This document shows positions 1-4,078 of a stretch of DNA of 4,078 nt, one piece after another. Both the position numbers and the translations under genes were made by a program. Where the stretch lies: the IMG/VR virus record IMGVR_UViG_2711768074_000019, one strand, 5' to 3'. Numbering within the stretch: the stretch's first letter is position 1; the number at the start of each line of letters is the position of its first letter. The notes under the pieces were generated by a model, which was not told the DNA's origin, made no database searches, and was given only the letters and a program-made list of their open reading frames with translations. The DNA is from a virus. Taxonomy: Duplodnaviria > Heunggongvirae > Uroviricota > Caudoviricetes.

Positions 1-83
1 TAGTCATGTGGGATGGCTGGTTCAGACTTCAGGATATGGTTGAGGGTTACCTGGTGATGAAGTCTCTTGATCAGGAGATCTGA
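1..83 (+). CDS. IS4-family (IS50-like) transposase, C-terminal fragment; the 5' part lies outside the window
   Basis: Seen: in-frame codons from position 3 translate to VMWDGWFRLQDMVEGYLVMKSLDQEI, then stop. Recalled Tn5 Tnp tail ALWEGWEALQSKLDGFLAAKDLMAQGIKI aligns without gaps (W-[DE]-G-W, LQ, [DE]-G-[FY]-L, K-x-L, terminal I). Identity is only about 40 percent by eye. Confidence 0.65.
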   Translation, partial: VMWDGWFRLQDMVEGYLVMKSLDQEI

Positions 84-92
84 TCAAGAGAC
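62..92. repeat. Palindrome inside the IS end (13-bp arms 62..74 and 80..92, 5-nt centre) carrying three GATC Dam sites
   Basis: Seen: gtctcttgatcag / gagat / ctgatcaagagac, with GATC at 69..72, 77..80 and 82..85. The same structure is mirrored at 3985..4015. Knowledge: the IS50 inside end is regulated by Dam methylation of GATC sites. Confidence 0.6.
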
Positions 93-182
93 AGCCGCAC
101 AGGGGGATTCACCATGCCAGTTTCTTTTAACAAACTCCCCGCAAAACAGACAACTGTCAACCGTCTGAATTGTGAGACATTT

Positions 183-206
183 AAAAAAAAGCCCGCAAAA
201 GCGAGC
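183..206 (-). terminator. Rho-independent terminator closing the minus-strand tRNA transcription unit
   Basis: Seen: the minus-strand RNA reads GCUCGC-UUUU-GCGGGC (6-bp stem with one G.U pair, from 206..191) followed by eight U (complement of A183..A190). Confidence 0.7.
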
Positions 207-221
207 CAGGGAAAATAAGTG

Positions 222-298
222 TGGCGCGTTGTACTGGATTCGAACCAGTGACCGATTGCTTAGAAGGCAATTGCTCTGTCCGGCTGAGCTAACAACGC
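222..298 (-). tRNA. argO: tRNA-Arg (anticodon UCU)
   Basis: Seen: the reverse complement folds as a cloverleaf with acceptor stem GCGTTGT/ACAACGC, T-loop GGTTCGAATCC, anticodon loop CU-UCU-AA and a 3' GCCA. It closely resembles E. coli argU by eye. The symbol is assigned from its position in an ileZ-argN-argO-like cluster, not from a search. Confidence 0.8.
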
Positions 299-311
299 AG
301 GATACAGATAA

Positions 312-388
312 TGGACCGCCTTCGGGGACCCGAACTCCGCGCAACCAGCTTCGAAGGCTGGCGCTCTTTCCTGATGAGATAATGGCGG
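312..388 (-). tRNA. argN: tRNA-Arg (anticodon UCG), with an atypical T-arm
   Basis: Seen: acceptor stem CCGCCAT/AAGGCGG (one A-A mismatch), anticodon stem-loop CCAGC-CTTCGAA-GCTGG and a 3' TCCA. The T-loop is TTCGGGT (G where A58 is normally conserved) and the T-stem has one mismatch. The symbol is assigned from cluster order only. Confidence 0.65.
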
Positions 389-395
389 TATGTGA

Positions 396-471
396 TGGTG
401 GCCCTTGCTGGATTTGAACCAGCGACCTGGCGATTATGAGTCGCTCGCTCTCACCACTGAGCTAAAGGGCC
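396..471 (-). tRNA. ileZ: tRNA-Ile2 (anticodon CAU, lysidine type); formally tRNA-Met cannot be excluded
   Basis: Seen: GGCCCTTTAGCTCAGTGGTGAGAGCGAGCGACTCATAATCGCCAGGTCGCTGGTTCAAATCCAGCAAGGGCCACCA, with a perfect 7-bp acceptor stem and anticodon CAT. It is near-identical in layout to E. coli ileX/ileY as recalled. It is the first gene of the Ile-Arg-Arg cluster. Confidence 0.8.
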
Positions 472-480
472 GCGCGCAGA

Positions 481-510
481 ATAATAACGTTACGGAATTA
501 ATACTGCAAT
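481..510 (-). promoter_or_regulatory. Candidate sigma70 promoter for the tRNA cluster
   Basis: Seen on the minus strand: -35 TTGCAG (510..505), 18-bp spacer, -10 TATTAT (486..481), then a GC-rich discriminator (GCGCGC) about 9 nt before the tRNA-Ile 5' end. Inference only. Confidence 0.4.
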
Positions 511-520
511 CTCATCCGTT

Positions 521-1570
521 TCAAACGATTAAATCCTGAACTTCCCTGACTGTCTGCTCAAAACGTCCGGTCTCCAGCTCAACACCAATCGCACGACGCC
601 CCAGTGCCATCGCCGCTTTTACCGTTGAACCCGACCCCATGAAAAAATCCGCAACCAGATCACCAGGACGACTACTTGCGCTGATTATCTGCTGCAGCAT
701 TTCTGCCGGTTTTTCGCACGGATGTTTCCCTGGATAGTACTGCACCGGTTTATACGTCCACACATCGGTGTACGGCACCTGCACCGTCACACCGAAATAC
801 CGCCGCAAATTTTTATATTCACTCAGCAGTTCCATATACTGCCGGTTCAGCTCACTGTATGTGCTGACCAGCTGGTGGTGTGGCTTTTCCAGTTCCCCGC
901 GCTGATGTTTCTCTTCTGCCACCCGGGCAAACAACGCCTGCAATTTGTTGTAATCACCCTCGTTCGGTAACTGCCACTGACTGGTACCAAACCAGTGCGA
1001 AGCCATGTTTTTCTTTCCGGTGGCTTCCGCTATCTGTTTTGACGTTATTCCCAGTGATTTACGCGCATCACGAAAGTAAGAAATCAGCGGGGCCATGACG
1101 TGCTGTTTTAGCTCGCGCCCCTGTGCCACATAGCCATCATCTTTCGGGCGATACGGTCCCTGATAATGTTCTGCAAACAGAATGCGCTCTGTTGCCGGAA
1201 AATACGCCCGCAGACTTTCCTTATTGCACCCGTTCCAGCGTCCGGACGGCTTCGCCCAGATAATGTGGTTCAGCACATTAAAGCGCTCACGCATCATGAT
1301 TTCGGTGTCAGATGCCAGGCGATGACCACAGAACAGGTAAAAACTTCCGGCAGGCTTCAGTACCCGCCAGAACTGCGCCAGACACTGGTCCAGCCATTTC
1401 AGGTAATCATCGTCGCCCTCCCACTGGTTATCCCAGCCCTCGGGCTTCACTTTAAAGTATGGCGGGTCTGTGACTATCAGATCGACAGAGTTTTCCGGTA
1501 AGGTCTGGATAAATTCCAGGCAATCAGCGTTGATTAACTCACAACTGGATATTTTTACAGTATTAGCCAT
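521..1570 (-). CDS. Beta-class DNA amino-methyltransferase (N6-adenine or N4-cytosine), orphan within this window
   Basis: Seen in the 349-aa ORF: N-terminal DLIVTDPPY (motif IV), HPCEKP, and C-terminal DLVADFFMGSGST (FxGxG AdoMet motif I). Motif IV before motif I is the beta-class order. The central region carries an HTH-like LGITSKQIAEATGK. No endonuclease gene is nearby. Confidence 0.85.
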   Translation of the reverse strand: MANTVKISSCELINADCLEFIQTLPENSVDLIVTDPPYFKVKPEGWDNQWEGDDDYLKWLDQCLAQFWRVLKPAGSFYLFCGHRLASDTEIMMRERFNVLNHIIWAKPSGRWNGCNKESLRAYFPATERILFAEHYQGPYRPKDDGYVAQGRELKQHVMAPLISYFRDARKSLGITSKQIAEATGKKNMASHWFGTSQWQLPNEGDYNKLQALFARVAEEKHQRGELEKPHHQLVSTYSELNRQYMELLSEYKNLRRYFGVTVQVPYTDVWTYKPVQYYPGKHPCEKPAEMLQQIISASSRPGDLVADFFMGSGSTVKAAMALGRRAIGVELETGRFEQTVREVQDLIV

Positions 1571-1711
1571 AGATCAATAAGCACTTCTCTGATAGGCTCA
1601 TACCGCTTTTGCGCAAAGCAGATGGGCCTGAGGTTTGCTTGTGACCCCAACGCATGAGCAGATGGCTGGCAGGTGCCGCTAACACCCACCAGCCGCCCAT
1701 TACCACAAATT

Positions 1712-1733
1712 AAAAAACCTTCACTGAGGAAGG
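1712..1733 (-). terminator. Weak hairpin plus U-run overlapping the stop codon of the small HTH ORF; possible attenuator or weak terminator
   Basis: Seen: a 5-bp stem CCTTC/GAAGG (1718..1722 with 1729..1733) and a 6-nt loop. On the minus-strand RNA it is followed by six U (complement of A1712..A1717). The stem is short, so this is weak. Confidence 0.3.
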
Positions 1734-1918
1734 CGTCTGTAACAACCGAACTGATAATCTGCCAGACCCGCCATAACAAGCTGAGTCAGTATTAACTGGC
1801 AGCGTTCGCGTGAAAGGTAAGTATTCTGCGCAATTTCCCCGACGGTCGCCGGTTCGGTGACGCTTAATTCATTAAACACCACTCTGGCGGTTTCGGTCAT
1901 ATCCTGCTGTTTTAGCAT
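1721..1918 (-). CDS. Small hypothetical protein (65 aa) with a predicted helix-turn-helix
   Basis: Seen: internal ATG at 1918..1916 preceded by AAGGG about 8 nt upstream. Product MLKQQDMTETARVVFNELSVTEPATVGEIAQNTYLSRERCQLILTQLVMAGLADYQFGCYRRLPQ. The segment ATVGEIAQNTYLSRERCQLILTQL looks like an HTH; this is inference from the pattern. The longer track ORF (to 2041) starts at GTG directly against the terminator and is less plausible. Confidence 0.45.
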   Translation of the reverse strand: MLKQQDMTETARVVFNELSVTEPATVGEIAQNTYLSRERCQLILTQLVMAGLADYQFGCYRRLPQ

Positions 1919-2041
1919 GCCTTTTTCCCTTTTCCGGTTAACGTGACATACCAATACCTCTTGTCGAAAAAGCCAGCAAGCTGAAAGACCGGCATTCGCA
2001 ACCACCAGCGCATTTAACGTCCTGTACCGCTTTTCGGGCAC

Positions 2042-2069
2042 AAAAAAACCCGCATAAAGCGGGTTCTTT
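2042..2069 (-). terminator. Strong intrinsic terminator (hairpin usable on both strands) about 85 nt downstream of the Q-like gene; tR'-like
   Basis: Seen: stem CCCGC/GCGGG (2049..2053 with 2059..2063, extendable by two A-T pairs) and loop ATAAA. The minus-strand RNA is followed by seven U (A2042..A2048); the plus strand is followed by TTCTTT. Confidence 0.75.
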
Positions 2070-2153
2070 CAGGTGTCCATGTCTGCTATTCGCCTCGCGG
2101 TATAGCTTTGCGAAGCGTAGCTGGATTGAAACAGTTTATGCGTAAAAAATCAA
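2070..2153 (-). promoter_or_regulatory. Candidate late promoter and Q-utilisation region (pR'-like) between the Q-like stop and the terminator
   Basis: Seen: a weak candidate -35 TTGATT (2153..2148, overlapping the stop codon), 17-bp spacer, -10 TTCAAT (2130..2125). This -10 lacks the conserved A at position 2. Placed mainly by analogy to the lambdoid Q-pR'-tR' layout. Confidence 0.3.
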
Positions 2154-2704
2154 GACATTTTTTGAGCAAACGATTCTCGCATAGGGATGTATAGCGCATA
2201 TTCAGCAACAGCCAACCAATTAGCAATTCGCTTTTCGCATGTACTAAAACACCATTCCGGGTGCACCTCATTCAACAATTCAGCCATTTTGCGTTTACTC
2301 ATCCCCCGCCCTTCGTATCTTTGCCGCAGGATATCAATCAATCCAGGATAACGTGCAAGCGCTTTACTTATCACCCCATCAATGCGTAACGCCTCTGCAT
2401 CAGTACAGTGAGACAACCAGCTCTTCTGTCTGCCAGCGATCATCTCTCGCAAGAATGCTTCCAGCTCTGGTTTATCAATCCCTGACTCCCTGATTCTACG
2501 CAGGGCTTCATTGATCGCGGTTTTTGTCAGTTTTTTGGATGTCAGCAACTGATTGAACATATTTCCTGGTTTGCCACCACCTATGTACGACCAACGCCCC
2601 CACATCCGTAATTTCCCCTGGATCCAGACGGCTTCCAGCGTTTTTAGACGTAAATGCTCGCCGCTTTTGCCTGTAATTTCCGGGTATATCATATTTACGA
2701 TCAC
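2150..2704 (-). CDS. Putative late-gene antiterminator Q-like protein
   Basis: Seen: a 184-aa ORF starting at GTG 2704..2702, which overlaps the RusA stop (GTGA); an alternative ATG lies at 2692..2690. It contains LRMWGRW, reminiscent of the L-x-R-W-G-x-W N-terminal motif I recall in phage 82-type Q. Synteny also fits: RusA then Q, as in DLP12 and phage 82, followed about 90 nt later by a strong terminator. No domain search was run. Confidence 0.5.
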   Translation of the reverse strand: MIVNMIYPEITGKSGEHLRLKTLEAVWIQGKLRMWGRWSYIGGGKPGNMFNQLLTSKKLTKTAINEALRRIRESGIDKPELEAFLREMIAGRQKSWLSHCTDAEALRIDGVISKALARYPGLIDILRQRYEGRGMSKRKMAELLNEVHPEWCFSTCEKRIANWLAVAEYALYIPMRESFAQKMS

Positions 2705-3060
2705 TCACTCTCAATTTTGTAAATCTTCACGCCCAGCCGCCCCCCAGGAACGAGCTGACCGCGCACAATATTAATTTCATCAAACTGCTCGTCGTCTATG
2801 AGAAGTCCGGCATGCGTCAGCGCATCCAGTGGTGCTTTCAGGATATTGTCCAGGTCACGACGACGCTTATCCGGTGGCTCTGCAATAATCTTTATCGCCA
2901 GCCGTCCGGACAGGTTTAATTTCAGCCGCTGCTCGCGAACAATTAGCGCCACATCCCGGCGATAACGCTCACCGGCTTTTGATACAAAATATGTGTTGTC
3001 ACGACGTCGCCAGTAGGTGTTCACCGTTGGCGGGTAAGGCAAAACAAACTCTATACGCAT
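2701..3060 (-). CDS. rusA: Holliday-junction resolvase RusA (crossover junction endodeoxyribonuclease)
   Basis: Seen: 119 aa with LPYPPTVNTYW, DKRRRDLDNILKAPLDALTHAGLLIDDEQ and GGRL, matching the RusA signature and its acidic catalytic residues. SD AAGAGG lies 6 nt upstream of ATG 3060..3058. Confidence 0.9.
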   Translation of the reverse strand: MRIEFVLPYPPTVNTYWRRRDNTYFVSKAGERYRRDVALIVREQRLKLNLSGRLAIKIIAEPPDKRRRDLDNILKAPLDALTHAGLLIDDEQFDEINIVRGQLVPGGRLGVKIYKIESE

Positions 3061-3072
3061 CAGTAACCTCTT

Positions 3073-3978
3073 TTACCCAAGCACGCCGGTTGCAAAGGCG
3101 TGATCAAGAAAATGAAAAATTAAATCAACCTGGGAACCATGCTTTTCTTCGAATGCCAGCGGATCCGCATGAAGCTCGTTGTGATGTTCCCGACACAGCG
3201 GTAGTGTGAAAATATCGTGGGATTTTGTTCCCATTCCACCCTGACCGTGGCCTATCAGGTGGTGGGCATCATCAGCAGGCTTTCCGCAACATGCGCACGG
3301 CTGCGTCTTAACCCAGCGCGTGTACTTTTCATTAACCCAGCGGCGACGTTTTGGGCGTAACATAAAAGACTCCGGCGACTCCGGATCCACTTTCAGCGCC
3401 AGCACCTTTTTCGCCTTATCCTGGATGATGCTGGTGGCAGGAACCGAAGGCACAAGGTCACTTTCCCGGGTAACAGACGGCACAACAGGCTTCGGTAATC
3501 TCAGTGCCTTACGGGCTGCACTTTCCGATAAGGCATCCGCCAGATCATTACGAATCAGCCACCAGCACAGTTCCGGCATTGTCACAACGTGACTGTCGTC
3601 AAAACCGAGCTCCCGACGCACAACAGACAACACCCAGCGGGCACAGTTATCCGTTGCCATTGATTCCAGCCGTTCCGTGAACTGATCGCGCAGCTGGTTA
3701 TCGCAGTGCCAGCACAGACGGATTGCGCCCGGAGCGTGTCGCATTGTGGTCATGTTCTCGCTGTGCCAGTTGGAATGAGGCCACTGACAGCCCTTTTCAC
3801 GAAGTAACCAGCTTTCAAGACATTCCACGCCACCAGCACGACGGATCACTGCCTCATTGCGGAACACGGCCCGAACGGCAGGATCATCCGCCAGCGGTTG
3901 TGATGCCGCCGGAACGGCACCACTGGCAAAAGATGAATAACGTTCCGGCTCAGGCTCCAGCAGGACACGCCCCTGCAT
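3073..3978 (-). CDS. DUF968 / YdfU-like prophage protein with a C-terminal HNH-like zinc-binding nuclease domain; possibly N-terminally truncated by the IS
   Basis: Seen: 301 aa. The C-terminus PCACCGKPADDAHHLIGHGQGGMGTKSHDIFTLPLCREHHNELH has the Cys/His spacing and G-x-GTK element of HNH-like prophage nucleases (compare DLP12 YbcO as recalled). The ATG at 3978..3976 is only 5 bp from the IS end. Confidence 0.55.
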   Translation of the reverse strand: MQGRVLLEPEPERYSSFASGAVPAASQPLADDPAVRAVFRNEAVIRRAGGVECLESWLLREKGCQWPHSNWHSENMTTMRHAPGAIRLCWHCDNQLRDQFTERLESMATDNCARWVLSVVRRELGFDDSHVVTMPELCWWLIRNDLADALSESAARKALRLPKPVVPSVTRESDLVPSVPATSIIQDKAKKVLALKVDPESPESFMLRPKRRRWVNEKYTRWVKTQPCACCGKPADDAHHLIGHGQGGMGTKSHDIFTLPLCREHHNELHADPLAFEEKHGSQVDLIFHFLDHAFATGVLG

Positions 3979-3982
3979 AAAC

Positions 3983-4078
3983 CTGTCTCTTGATCAGATC
4001 TCCTGATCAAGAGACTTCATCACCAGGTAACCCTCAACCATATCCTGAAGTCTGAACCAGCCATCCCACATGACTACC
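3983..4078 (-). mobile_element. Second, inverted copy of the IS50-like inner end; transposase on the minus strand, again reading towards the cargo
   Basis: Seen: 3983..4076 is the exact reverse complement of 1..94. It begins CTGTCTCTTGATCAGATCT at 3983..4001 and runs off the window edge. Confidence 0.75.
3994..4078 (-). CDS. IS4-family (IS50-like) transposase, C-terminal fragment (second copy)
   Basis: Mirror image of feature 1..83, with stop codon TGA at 3996..3994 on the minus strand. Confidence 0.65.
   Translation of the reverse strand, partial: VVMWDGWFRLQDMVEGYLVMKSLDQEI

Larger units (their letters stand above)
1..94 (+). mobile_element. Inner end of an IS50-like (IS4-family) insertion sequence, truncated at the window edge; transposase reads towards the cargo
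   Basis: Seen: 1..94 is the exact reverse complement of 3983..4076. The terminal 19 bp (76..94, read from the end inward CTGTCTCTTGATCAGATCT) match the IS50 inside end as I recall it. The + frame from position 3 encodes a transposase-like tail ending at TGA 81..83. Knowledge: in IS50 the transposase stop overlaps the inside end in the same way. Confidence 0.75.

Noticed and set aside
84-344. Minus-strand 86-aa ORF
   Set aside because: It overlaps two tRNA genes, the terminator and the IS end. The sequence is explained by RNA genes, not coding.
172-417. Plus-strand 81-aa ORF
   Set aside because: It lies entirely across the three minus-strand tRNA genes and their spacers, has no RBS, and is an antisense artefact.
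722-1501. Plus-strand ORFs 722..970, 880..1098 and 1166..1501
   Set aside because: They are antisense shadows inside the methyltransferase CDS, with no independent signals.
1555-1779. Minus-strand 74-aa ORF spanning the HTH-methyltransferase intergenic region
   Set aside because: It begins at a non-ATG codon inside the small HTH ORF, overlaps the methyltransferase start in another frame, and has a low-complexity hydrophobic product with no RBS.
1919-2041. N-terminal extension of the 106-aa track ORF (1721..2041)
   Set aside because: The extended frame starts at GTG directly abutting the terminator U-run, with no space for an RBS. The internal ATG at 1918 with an AAGGG SD is preferred.
2086-2271. 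Minus-strand 61-aa ORF
   Set aside because: It overlaps the 3' end of the Q-like gene in another frame and the putative late promoter region. It is probably not coding.
2508-2714. Minus-strand 68-aa ORF
   Set aside because: It is an out-of-frame overlap with the Q-like CDS and the rusA 3' end.
2553-3980. Plus-strand ORFs 2553..2774, 2979..3209, 3320..3592 and 3723..3980
   Set aside because: They are antisense to the Q-like, rusA and DUF968 genes, and none has a convincing start context.
95-3982. Shiga toxin (stxAB), lysis genes or a restriction endonuclease partner for the methyltransferase
   Set aside because: I looked for these because of the Stx-phage-like Q/tRNA context. No ORF of suitable size or composition exists in the cargo, and every ORF of 60 aa or more is accounted for.
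1-4078. Engineered mini-Tn5 or a cloning artefact as the source of the Tn5-like ends
   Set aside because: Mini-Tn5 constructs carry only 19-bp ends. Here the repeat is at least 94 bp and encodes a diverged transposase C-terminus, which points to a natural IS50 relative.
1-4078. Phase-variable invertible promoter switch (inverton)
   Set aside because: The inverted repeats are far longer than recombinase-type inverton repeats and encode transposase. No site-specific invertase gene is in the window. Inversion by homologous recombination between the IS copies remains possible.
1-4078. CRISPR array or other short tandem or interspaced direct repeats
   Set aside because: No repeated unit with regular spacing was seen on either strand.

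Overview
The window is a 3,888-bp block of lambdoid-phage genes (95..3982) bracketed by perfect inverted repeats (1..94 and 3983..4078) that run off both window edges. Each repeat is the inner end of an IS50-like (IS4-family) insertion sequence: the terminal 19 bp match the IS50 inside end as I recall it, and the adjacent frame encodes a Tn5-transposase-like C-terminal tail. This gives a Tn5-like composite-transposon layout, although two independent IS insertions into a prophage cannot be excluded. All cargo genes are on the minus strand, in this order: DUF968/HNH-like protein, RusA resolvase, a Q-like late antiterminator candidate, a strong terminator, a small helix-turn-helix (HTH) ORF, a beta-class DNA amino-methyltransferase, a tRNA cluster (Ile-CAU, Arg-UCG, Arg-UCU) and a second terminator. 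This resembles the Q-to-tRNA region of Stx-converting phages, but no stx or lysis genes are present. No CRISPR array or restriction endonuclease partner was found. All functional calls rest on motifs and synteny read by eye; no database search was run.
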